From contig NZ_CP019633.1 in the NCBI RefSeq assembly GCF_001997385.1, positions 300,001 through 332,000 on the forward strand: DNA of 32,000 nucleotides. The letters run 5' to 3'. Source of the DNA: Sedimentisphaera cyanobacteriorum (GTDB lineage: Bacteria > Planctomycetota > Phycisphaerae > Sedimentisphaerales > Sedimentisphaeraceae). The notes beneath the pieces are model-generated. The model was not told where the DNA came from. It worked only from the letters and a program-made list of their open reading frames with translations, and made no database searches. How positions within the stretch are numbered: position 1 is the first letter of the stretch; each line of letters starts with the position of its first letter. Shown here one piece after another: positions 8,276 to 16,306 of the stretch. Made by a program: the position numbers and the translations under genes.

Positions 8276-10630
8276 ATGAACCAGAGAGTGAGGAAATTAA
8301 GGCAGGAGAGTATAAACACTAAGCCTTTCATCTGTCCCGAGCGTGCAGAGCTTGTAACAGACTTCTACATCAAGGAGCTTGACGAAAAGCTTTCTGCACC
8401 ACTGGCACGAGCAAGGATGTTTGAATATATCCTCGCAAACAAAAGCATACACATCTGCGATGGTGAGCTGATAGTAGGGGAAAGAGGGTCCGGCCCGAAA
8501 GCCGTTTCTACCTACCCTGAAATATGCTGTCACGGTCTTGAAGACCTCGAGATTATGAGCACACGGGAAAAGACCCAGTATGCAGTGTCTGATAAGGTTA
8601 AGAAGGTTTACAAAGAGCGAATCATCCCCTTCTGGCATGGCAGAACAATGCGTGAGGAGGTTTTCGAGCGTGCAAATGAAGACTGGATAAAGGCCTTTGA
8701 TGCGGGCGTTTTTACTGAGTTTATGGAGCAGAGAAGCCCCGGCCATGCCATCCTTGACGGCAAAATATATTCCCGCGGTCTCAATGATTTCAAGGAAGAG
8801 ATCAGAGATAGCATTTACGAGATTGAGTCTGACAGCGAGGCGAAAGAAAAGCATCAGGAACTCGAGGCTATGGCAGTAGCGGCAGATGCCCTGATTATGT
8901 TTGCAGGAAGATATGCAGACTGCGCAGCAGAGCTTGCAAAGAATGAAAGCAGCAGTGTAAGAAAAGAACAGCTGCTCGAGATTGAAAGAATTTGCAGGAA
9001 AGTGCCAGCTTCAAAGCCCGATACCTTCCGCGAAGCCCTGCAGATGTACTGGTTCATCCATCTGGGCGTAATCATCGAGACAAACCCGTGGGATTCATAC
9101 AACCCCGGCAGGATAGACCAGCACCTTATGCCATTCTATGAGAAAGAAATTCAAGCAGGCGAGCTTACAAAAGAACAGGCTGTTGAGCTTCTTGAATGCT
9201 TCTGGATAAAATTCAACAACCATCCCGCTCCGCCTAAAGTTGGCATTACGGAAGAACAGAGCGGCACATACACCGATTTTTCTCTGATTAATGTTGGCGG
9301 CGTCCTCCCCGAGGACGGTTCTGATGCTGTTAATGAGCTCTCGTATATAATTTTGGATGTAGTGGAAGAAATGAAGCTCACCCAGCCCAGCTCCTGCATT
9401 CAGCTCAGCGAGAAAAATCCCGACAAATTCCTCGAAAGAGCCTGCAAGGTGATTTGCGAGGGGTTCGGCCAGCCCAGCGTGTTCAATACCGACGTTATAA
9501 TAAAAGAAATGCTCAATGCAGGAAAATCTCTTGAAGACGCAAGAAACGGAGGCCCTAGCGGCTGTGTTACGGTAAGCGCTTTCGGGAAGGAAAGCTGCAT
9601 TCTCACCGGCTACTGCAATATGCCTAAAATCTTCGAGATTACCATAAATGCCGGCGTTGACCCGCGTACAGGAAATCAGGTGGGGCTGAAAACAAAACCT
9701 CCAGAACAGATCGAAAGCTTCGATGAATTTCTCGAGCAGTATAAGCGGCAGCTGAACTACTTTATAGATTTAAAGATAGAGCTTAACAGCGAGATAGAAA
9801 GGCTTTATGCAGAGCGTATGCCGGTTCCGTTTATGTCTCTGCTTGTTGATGACTGCATTAATCGAGGCCTCGACTACCATAACGGAGGCCCGAGATACAA
9901 CCCCACTTACATACAGGGCGTTGGTCTTGGCTCAGCGGCTGATGCGTTTGCAGGCCTGAAGTACAACGTGTTCGATAAGAAGAACGTATCTTTCAAAGAG
10001 CTTGCCGAAGCCTTAAAGAGCAACTTCAAGGATAATGAATATCTCCGTCAGCAGCTGCTGAACAAAACCCCTAAATACGGCAACGACGACGAATATGCCG
10101 ACCAGATCGCCAAGAATGTCTTCCAGATGTACTATGATGCATTAGACGGAAAGCCAAATACAAAGGGCGGGTTATACAAGGTAAACCTTCTGCCCACAAC
10201 ATCTCATATTTATTTCGGCTCCGTAACAGGGGCCTTGCCTTCAGGCAGGAAAGCAGGAGAGCCGCTCTCAGACGGTATTTCTCCCACGCAGGGAGCCGAT
10301 CATGTTGGGCCTACGGGAGTTATAAAAAGCGCAGCCTGTTTCGATCATTCGCTCACAGGCGGTACGCTTCTGAATATGAAGTTCAGTCCGGAGCTTATGA
10401 AGGACAAAGGAGTAAAGGCGCTTGCAGACCTTGTGCGGTCTTATTTTAAGCTGGGCGGACATCATATCCAGTTTAATGTTGTGGACAAAGAAACGCTTCT
10501 TGATGCCCAGCAGAATCCCGAAAAGCATAAAGACCTGATTGTCAGAGTAGCAGGATACAGCGATTATTTTGTTGTATTGGGACGCGATCTGCAAAACGAG
10601 ATTATAAAACGCACTGAACAGGCAGTTTGA
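8276..10630 (+). CDS. Glycyl-radical enzyme, PFL2/glycerol-dehydratase-like family, substrate unknown
   Basis: 784-aa ORF. The C-terminal glycyl-radical fingerprint is IVRVAGYSDYF (Gly760, nt 10553-10555). The putative thiyl-radical loop is GGPSGCVTV (Cys430, nt 9563-9565). The N-terminus RVRKLRQESINTKPFICPERAELVTDFY is typical of the PFL2 family. Confidence 0.88.
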   Translation: MNQRVRKLRQESINTKPFICPERAELVTDFYIKELDEKLSAPLARARMFEYILANKSIHICDGELIVGERGSGPKAVSTYPEICCHGLEDLEIMSTREKTQYAVSDKVKKVYKERIIPFWHGRTMREEVFERANEDWIKAFDAGVFTEFMEQRSPGHAILDGKIYSRGLNDFKEEIRDSIYEIESDSEAKEKHQELEAMAVAADALIMFAGRYADCAAELAKNESSSVRKEQLLEIERICRKVPASKPDTFREALQMYWFIHLGVIIETNPWDSYNPGRIDQHLMPFYEKEIQAGELTKEQAVELLECFWIKFNNHPAPPKVGITEEQSGTYTDFSLINVGGVLPEDGSDAVNELSYIILDVVEEMKLTQPSSCIQLSEKNPDKFLERACKVICEGFGQPSVFNTDVIIKEMLNAGKSLEDARNGGPSGCVTVSAFGKESCILTGYCNMPKIFEITINAGVDPRTGNQVGLKTKPPEQIESFDEFLEQYKRQLNYFIDLKIELNSEIERLYAERMPVPFMSLLVDDCINRGLDYHNGGPRYNPTYIQGVGLGSAADAFAGLKYNVFDKKNVSFKELAEALKSNFKDNEYLRQQLLNKTPKYGNDDEYADQIAKNVFQMYYDALDGKPNTKGGLYKVNLLPTTSHIYFGSVTGALPSGRKAGEPLSDGISPTQGADHVGPTGVIKSAACFDHSLTGGTLLNMKFSPELMKDKGVKALADLVRSYFKLGGHHIQFNVVDKETLLDAQQNPEKHKDLIVRVAGYSDYFVVLGRDLQNEIIKRTEQAV

Positions 10631-10767
10631 ATGTATTTTAAAGAAAGAAAAACTTTTGTTAGCAGCTTATTTTTTAGTAATAACTTGTGGTAAAAACTGT
10701 TTCTTATATAATATTTTTGTGCTAACGCGGTTAATCAGCATTAATGTTACGCTTATTGGAGATTAAA

Positions 10768-11685
10768 ATGAAACTGTTCCGTATTGTTTTTACAGCGTCG
10801 TTTGTTTGTGCTGCAGTCCTTCTTACAGGCTGCCAAACAGCAGAATTCACAATGAATTATCAGCCAGGTGAGGTTGATACATTCAAGGTGCTTCAGGAAA
10901 CCACAAAGGAGGTGAGCTTTGAACAGCCTTCAAAAGAAAAGAGCAAGCTCGACAGAAATGTAGGAAGAGTTGAGATGGTTTTCGACCAGAAGGTTGATTC
11001 AGTTAAGCCTGACGGCACGGCAATCCTTGATATTACTGTAAAAGAGCTTGTGTTCTTCTCGAAAAACAGCAAAGGGGTTAATGTAGATTTCAACAGCAAA
11101 GAGGACAAAGGCGGGACGCTCGCCTCTCTTATTGGTGAGTCTTACAAAATATCCATGTCCCCCGACGGTACTGTTGAAGTGGTGGACAAAGAAGACATTA
11201 TGAAAAAATGCCGCAGCAGAGAGGCCAAAACAATCTTCAAGGATGAATACATTATCAAAAGGCATACCATAAGAGGCATTCCAAAGCCCGGAACTGCTGT
11301 AAGCAAAGGGAAGTCTTGGGTTAGGTATTCTTCAAGCCCGAAGGGTGCTCTCGATGCAAAGGCGTTTAAGAAAACTTATAATGTTAAACAGATGAAAGAC
11401 GGCACCGCTCACGTAAAAATGACCGGCTCGCAGACTAATAAAGAAATAGAAGGTCTCGATGTTGGTTCAGGTTCTATGGGCTTTATGGCAAACATTTTCG
11501 ACACCAAAGACACCTTGGAAGGCAGTATGGTTTACGATACAGAAACCGGCGAGGTGGTTAAGTCTGAGGAGCATTTGGTAAGCGAGCACGTTGCAGCTGA
11601 GCAGCCCAAAGACGGCGATCCTGAAAAAGGCCCTGATGTTTTAACTATGAAATTTATTCATAAGTACTCATTTGAAAAGATTTGA
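10768..11685 (+). CDS. Lipoprotein, function unknown (paralog of the next gene)
   Basis: The ORF track starts at 10744. I prefer the ATG at 10768, which has GGAG 6 nt upstream. The signal and lipobox are MKLFRIVFTASFVCAAVLLTGC. The rest is beta-rich and Lys/Glu-rich, with no recognisable enzymatic motif. Confidence 0.7.
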   Translation: MKLFRIVFTASFVCAAVLLTGCQTAEFTMNYQPGEVDTFKVLQETTKEVSFEQPSKEKSKLDRNVGRVEMVFDQKVDSVKPDGTAILDITVKELVFFSKNSKGVNVDFNSKEDKGGTLASLIGESYKISMSPDGTVEVVDKEDIMKKCRSREAKTIFKDEYIIKRHTIRGIPKPGTAVSKGKSWVRYSSSPKGALDAKAFKKTYNVKQMKDGTAHVKMTGSQTNKEIEGLDVGSGSMGFMANIFDTKDTLEGSMVYDTETGEVVKSEEHLVSEHVAAEQPKDGDPEKGPDVLTMKFIHKYSFEKI

Positions 11686-11697
11686 CAAAAAACTCGA

Positions 11698-11735
11698 ATG
11701 CCCGCTGCAAAAAGCATAGCGGGCATTTTGTTTTT
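11698..11735 (+). terminator. Rho-independent terminator after lipoprotein gene 1
   Basis: ATGCCCGCT (11698-11706) pairs with AGCGGGCAT (11718-11726) in a 9-bp stem, followed by TTTGTTTTT. Confidence 0.7.
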
Positions 11736-11767
11736 AATAATAGCGATATAATTTGAGGAGAGCTAAC

Positions 11768-12751
11768 TTGAAAAGAGTCTTACTGTTTTCAATTGCTGCA
11801 GCGGCAGTTATTATTTCCGGATGCAGCAGTGAAAAGACCTATCTTTCCCTCGGCTTTGACAGGCAGGAAATGGTTTACAACTTTGTGTCCCAGCGGGATA
11901 TTACGCTCACTCTTGAAGGAAGCAAATCCGGCAAGAAGCAGAATGCCTCTGAAAAGCTAAATATGCAGATTGCATACAAACCAGTGGAAGTTGATGAGCT
12001 GGGCAGCACTGTTCTCGAGGCGGAATGCAGGAATGTAAGCGTTAGACGCAGCTCTTTTACCGGCAAAAAAAGCAGTTCTGACCCGCTTGAGGTGCTTGAA
12101 GGGCAGAAGTGGGAAATAAAGATTAACTCCGCAGGCGAGATTGAAGACTATTCAGGCCTTCAGAATGCCCTTGCAAAGGCCGGAAAGCAGGCTATTAAAG
12201 AAAGCGGGAAACGCCGCATTAAAGACCCCGATATGATTCTCGATTTCGCCGCAACGCAGTGGTCTATGTGGAATGCTGTGGCAAGTGCAAACAAGAAATC
12301 TTTCGGTATATCGCCCGGCCAGCAGTGGGAATCGCTGCTTATGGTTCCTTTCGCTGTGGGAATCCCCGCGGAGAGAATCGTTACCTACAGCCTGCCTGCT
12401 GATATGCAGCCTGAAGATGAAAACACAATGGTGATAAAAAGCAGCTATCAGCTCAGCACATACAAAGAGACAGAAGACGGGAAGCTGAAATTTAAACCGT
12501 CAATTGAGCCGCGCCCAAAGCCTTATGAAGGCTCCTTCCAAACTAAAGGTATGTTCGGGTTTCTGAGAAATTACAAGCCACTGAGCCTTGAAGGCGGGGG
12601 AAAAACCGTTTACGACCAGCTCCAAGGCGTTCTTGTTAGCGAAACGCAAGAGTATGATATGCTGATGGAGGCGGGATTTATGATTCCGCTTGGAGACAGC
12701 GTGCCGAAATTGGAAGTGCATCAGAAGATAACAGTTGAACTGGCAGAATGA
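11768..12751 (+). CDS. Lipoprotein, function unknown (paralog of the preceding gene)
   Basis: The track starts at TTG 11753. I prefer TTG 11768, preceded by GAGGAG. The signal and lipobox are (M)KRVLLFSIAAAAVIISGC. Block-wise similarity to the previous lipoprotein includes LASLIGESYKISMSPDGTVEVV vs LEVLEGQKWEIKINSAGEIEDY. The stop overlaps the HIT gene start (ATGA). Confidence 0.7.
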   Translation: MKRVLLFSIAAAAVIISGCSSEKTYLSLGFDRQEMVYNFVSQRDITLTLEGSKSGKKQNASEKLNMQIAYKPVEVDELGSTVLEAECRNVSVRRSSFTGKKSSSDPLEVLEGQKWEIKINSAGEIEDYSGLQNALAKAGKQAIKESGKRRIKDPDMILDFAATQWSMWNAVASANKKSFGISPGQQWESLLMVPFAVGIPAERIVTYSLPADMQPEDENTMVIKSSYQLSTYKETEDGKLKFKPSIEPRPKPYEGSFQTKGMFGFLRNYKPLSLEGGGKTVYDQLQGVLVSETQEYDMLMEAGFMIPLGDSVPKLEVHQKITVELAE

Positions 12752-13248
12752 GAAGCGAATTCGAAAAGAAAAACCTCTGGGCGCCCTGGAGGATGGAATA
12801 CATCCAGGGCCTTTCCGGCAGATCAGAAGGCTGCTTTCTATGCGGTTATGCAGGTGAGCCGGAAAAGGATGCGGAAAATTTTGTTCTTTTCAGAACAGAC
12901 CATTCAATGGCCGTATTCAATAAATTCCCCTACAACAACGGCCATATTATGATATGTCCGCTAACGCACACAGGCGATATCGAAGATTTGAGGGATGAAG
13001 AAATGCTCGATCTGTTTAAGGGGGTTAAGAAAACTCAATCCCTTTTGCGAAAGGAAATATTTCCGGATGGGTTTAATGTGGGGATAAATATTGCCCGCTG
13101 TGCAGGTGCCGGTTTGCCGGGACATATGCATATTCATATTGTACCCCGATGGGACGGCGATACGAATTTTATGGCAGTATGCGGCCAGACAGATGTTGTA
13201 AGCCAGGGGCTTCGAGATTTGTACGACAAACTGATAAAGCATTGTTAG
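12748..13248 (+). CDS. HIT-family nucleotide hydrolase/transferase (Ap4A-phosphorylase-like subgroup)
   Basis: 166-aa ORF. The histidine triad is GHMHIHIVPRW. The N-terminal LWAPWRMEYI and CFLC are typical of this HIT subgroup. Confidence 0.85.
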   Translation: MRSEFEKKNLWAPWRMEYIQGLSGRSEGCFLCGYAGEPEKDAENFVLFRTDHSMAVFNKFPYNNGHIMICPLTHTGDIEDLRDEEMLDLFKGVKKTQSLLRKEIFPDGFNVGINIARCAGAGLPGHMHIHIVPRWDGDTNFMAVCGQTDVVSQGLRDLYDKLIKHC

Positions 13249-13263
13249 TTTGAAAGATATTTG

Positions 13264-14376
13264 ATGAAACAGTATGCTGTAACTGAGGCAAATTCAAAGG
13301 GCAGGATCTACGAAAACACCCCTCATCTTTACAGAGACCCCTTTGAACGCGACAGAGACAGAGTAATTCACTGCAGCGCATTCAGAAGGCTGGAGGGAAA
13401 AACGCAGGTTTTCACGCCCGGCCAGGATGATCACTACCGCACCCGCCTTACTCACAGCATAGAGGTAGCCCAGATCGGGCGGACAATTGCAAAGTGTCTT
13501 GGAGTTAATGAAAGCCTTACTGAGGCAATCTGCCTCGCACACGACCTTGGGCACAGCCCGTTCGGCCATTCCGGCGAAGAGGCTCTCGATAAGATTATGG
13601 CCGGCTGGGGCGGATTCGAACATAACATCCAAACGCTGAGAGTGGTGGAGGTGCTGGAGCATCCGTATCCCGCATTTCCCGGTTTGGATTTGTGCTATGA
13701 AACAAGGCTCGGGCTCTCAAGGCATCTCAGCCCTTACGACCCGCCCCACAGCGATGATTGCGTTGAGAAAAACTGCTCTCTGGAAGGCCAGATTGCAAAT
13801 ATTGCCGACAGAATCGCTTACAACTGCCACGACCTCGAAGACGGGCTCAGAGCAAAGGCAAGGGTAATAGATGTGCCTGAGGTTTGGGAGCTTGAGATTG
13901 TTAAAAAGGCTGTAAATGAGTTTCGTGAGCAGGACATAAGCGATGGTTTTATTAGGAATGTGAGGGTTTCAAAGAAAATTCTCGACAGCTTGGTAAGCGA
14001 TGCTATAGAAACCAGTATAAGCAAGATTCAAAACGCAGGCATAGATTCGCTTAGCGATGTATATCAGCGAAGTGAGCCGCTGGTTGATATAACCAGTGAA
14101 GCTGATAGATGCCTTCGCGAGCTCGAGAGCTTCCTTTTGGAAAATTTGTATAAGTCTCAGAAGGTGCGCGCTACTACCGAAGAAGTGGCAGGCTGGCTTG
14201 AGAGGATCTTCGAATACTTCTATAAAAACACAGGCGAAATACCGGGCTACTACCGCTCATTTGAAGAAAAATATGGGCGTATGAGAATGGTTTGCGATTA
14301 TATCTCGGGTATGACAGACCGCTTCTGTATGCGTATGCTCGAACAGCTTGAGGCAACGCAGACCCAGACAGATTAG
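13264..14376 (+). CDS. dgt: dGTP triphosphohydrolase-like HD-domain protein
   Basis: Motifs FERDRDRVIHCSAFRRLEGKTQVF, YRTRLTHSIEVAQIGR and AHDLGHSPFGHSGE (HD motif). The track starts at TTG 13261 and the next codon is ATG 13264. Confidence 0.88.
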   Translation: MKQYAVTEANSKGRIYENTPHLYRDPFERDRDRVIHCSAFRRLEGKTQVFTPGQDDHYRTRLTHSIEVAQIGRTIAKCLGVNESLTEAICLAHDLGHSPFGHSGEEALDKIMAGWGGFEHNIQTLRVVEVLEHPYPAFPGLDLCYETRLGLSRHLSPYDPPHSDDCVEKNCSLEGQIANIADRIAYNCHDLEDGLRAKARVIDVPEVWELEIVKKAVNEFREQDISDGFIRNVRVSKKILDSLVSDAIETSISKIQNAGIDSLSDVYQRSEPLVDITSEADRCLRELESFLLENLYKSQKVRATTEEVAGWLERIFEYFYKNTGEIPGYYRSFEEKYGRMRMVCDYISGMTDRFCMRMLEQLEATQTQTD

Positions 14377-14467
14377 TGAGGCGGAAAAAGCGTGTTTTTA
14401 GATTTATAAGCCTTACAGCAGTTCTTTAATCAACCCCTTTTCTTTAAGCTGATTTTCCATCGTTCAA

Positions 14468-14495
14468 TTGCAATTTCGAAGTTTTTTCGTATAAT
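14468..14495 (+). promoter_or_regulatory. Sigma70-like promoter candidate for cysD
   Basis: TTGCAA (14468-14473), 16-nt spacer, TATAAT (14490-14495), about 34 nt upstream of the cysD ATG. This is a sequence match only. Confidence 0.4.
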
Positions 14496-14528
14496 TATTG
14501 CTGGAAAAATGAAACTTAAATTTTCTGG

Positions 14529-15350
14529 ATGGTAAAAATGGCCGGCAACTACACACAGCTCGATAAGCTCGAAAACCAAAGTATCTTCATAATCCGTGAG
14601 GCGTACAGTCAGTTCAGAAACATCGCTATGCTCTGGTCTATAGGCAAAGACAGCACAACACTTCTCTGGCTCGTCCGCAAGGCGTTTTTCGGCAAGATTC
14701 CATTTCCTGTTATGCACATTGACACGTCGTATAAATTTCAGGAGATCTATGATTTCCGCAATAAGTATGCTGAAAAGTGGAACCTTGACTTGAAAGTTGC
14801 AAGGAATGAGAAGGCTCTCGCCGACGGGATGGGGCCGGATAAAGGCAAGTTTGAATGCTGCAATCAGCTCAAAACCCTCGCCCTGAAGAATGCAATAGCA
14901 GATTATCAGTTTAAGGCGCTTCTGTTGGGAATCAGAAGGGATGAACACGGTATAAGGGCTAAAGAGAGGGTTTTCAGCCCGAGAGATGAAGACTTCGAAT
15001 GGGACTACAAAAACCAGCCGCCGGAACTTTGGGATCAGTATAAAACTAAGGCCGCTCAGGAAGAACATCTCAGAGTGCATCCTCTGCTTGGATGGCGTGA
15101 GGTGGATATCTGGGAATACATCAAACGGGAAAATATCCCGATACCAACCCTCTACCTTGCCAAAAACGGCAAGCGATACCGAAGCATAGGCTGCGAAACC
15201 TGCTGCGGGCCTGTAGATTCAAATGCCCAAAGCATTGATGATATAATCGCTGAGCTGAAGAGCACAAAGGTTTCCGAACGCAGCGGAAGAGCTCAGGACA
15301 AAGAAGATGATTATATGATGCAGAAACTCCGCTCTCTGGGGTATATGTAG
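14529..15350 (+). CDS. cysD: Sulfate adenylyltransferase subunit 2
   Basis: 273-aa ORF with the PAPS-reductase/ATP-PPase fold: LDKLENQSIFIIREAY, SIGKDSTTLLWL, HIDTSYKFQE. Confidence 0.93.
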   Translation: MVKMAGNYTQLDKLENQSIFIIREAYSQFRNIAMLWSIGKDSTTLLWLVRKAFFGKIPFPVMHIDTSYKFQEIYDFRNKYAEKWNLDLKVARNEKALADGMGPDKGKFECCNQLKTLALKNAIADYQFKALLLGIRRDEHGIRAKERVFSPRDEDFEWDYKNQPPELWDQYKTKAAQEEHLRVHPLLGWREVDIWEYIKRENIPIPTLYLAKNGKRYRSIGCETCCGPVDSNAQSIDDIIAELKSTKVSERSGRAQDKEDDYMMQKLRSLGYM

Positions 15351-15386
15351 TAAAAGGGCGTAGGCCCGAGCGAAGGAAAGCAGCTG

Positions 15387-16214
15387 TTGCAAAGCTTTGG
15401 ATTGATAATCATAGCGTTTTTCTGTGAGTTTGTAGATGCCACGCTCGGTATGGGCTATGGCACTACGCTCACGCCTGTGCTGATGCTGCTGTTCGGCTTT
15501 GAGCCTCTGGAGATTGTCCCGGCGGTGCTGCTGAGCGAGCTTGTCAGCGGGCTTCTTGCAGCGGTTCTGCACCACACCCACGGAAACGTGAACCTGAGGC
15601 CGGAAACGATGAATGCACGAAAGATTGCAGAGCAGCTCAGCAGTATTGGTTATATCGAGAGCTTCAAGCAGAATACCCCTCGGCATCTGAAAATAGCGAT
15701 TCTGCTCTCGCTATGCAGCGTTATTGGTACGGTCGCAGCGATTTACGTGGCAGTGAATATCCCGGATTTCTGGCTAAAGCTTTATATCGGCGTTCTGGTG
15801 TTCTCTATGGGGCTTTTGATAATGATATGCCTCAAGAAAACATTCCGCTTTTCGTGGCATAAGATGACTTTTCTCGGCATAATCGCCTCGTTCAACAAAG
15901 GAATCTCCGGCGGCGGATACGGCCCTGTGGTAACCAGCGGTCAGATCCTCTCTGGAGTAAACAGCAAAAGCGCTGTCGGCATTACCAGCCTCGCTGAAGG
16001 GCTTACCTGCCTCGTTGGCGTTGTGCTTTATGTGTACGTGCTCAAGCAGCCGTTCGATTTCCGCCTCGCACCTTGGCTCTGCACGGGGGCTGTGCTTTCT
16101 GTTCCGCTCTCTGCTCTTGCTGTTAAGAAGGTAAGCTCCGGGAATATGAAGATGCTCATAGCAGCGATAACTATGGCTCTCGGCCTATTCACACTGCTGA
16201 AGCTGTTCTTTTAA
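15387..16214 (+). CDS. TauE/SafE (TSUP) family anion/sulfite permease
   Basis: 275-aa polytopic membrane ORF. It has the two-halves architecture and Gly-rich motifs (FVDATLGMGYGT; FNKGISGGGYGP) typical of DUF81/TSUP. It uses a TTG start with GAAGGAAAG upstream. Confidence 0.8.
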   Translation: MQSFGLIIIAFFCEFVDATLGMGYGTTLTPVLMLLFGFEPLEIVPAVLLSELVSGLLAAVLHHTHGNVNLRPETMNARKIAEQLSSIGYIESFKQNTPRHLKIAILLSLCSVIGTVAAIYVAVNIPDFWLKLYIGVLVFSMGLLIMICLKKTFRFSWHKMTFLGIIASFNKGISGGGYGPVVTSGQILSGVNSKSAVGITSLAEGLTCLVGVVLYVYVLKQPFDFRLAPWLCTGAVLSVPLSALAVKKVSSGNMKMLIAAITMALGLFTLLKLFF

Positions 16215-16306
16215 CCCTGCTTTTTGCTTGAAATAATCTCATAAATGCCATACTCTTTTTAATATCATGGCAGCTGAAACTGCTTATAAAAGGTAGAAAG
16301 AATAAG

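Noticed and set aside
8297-8854. 185-aa minus-strand ORF. The same applies to the other antisense ORFs in the track, for example 987-1365, 1576-2061, 2503-3003, 6708-7061, 7599-7979, 13294-13662, 18237-18641, 18971-19477, 21177-21659, 23399-23938 and 25789-26136.
   Set aside because: Each is nested inside, and antisense or out of frame to, a confidently identified gene. Their translations are Arg/Ser/Leu/Cys-rich, as expected for the non-coding frames of real genes.
13264-14376. The dGTPase-like gene as a possible anti-phage dNTP-depletion defence gene.
   Set aside because: It sits 15 nt after a HIT gene within a same-strand run of genes. Its composition looks native by eye, and it has no island hallmarks. 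It resembles the widespread housekeeping dGTPase-like subfamily. Only a phylogeny against the known defensive dGTPases could overturn this.
14430-15080. 216-aa ORF on the minus strand.
   Set aside because: It lies almost entirely antisense to cysD, whose product has unmistakable family motifs. Its translation is low-complexity and hydrophobic with no recognisable motif and no RBS. It is a shadow ORF.
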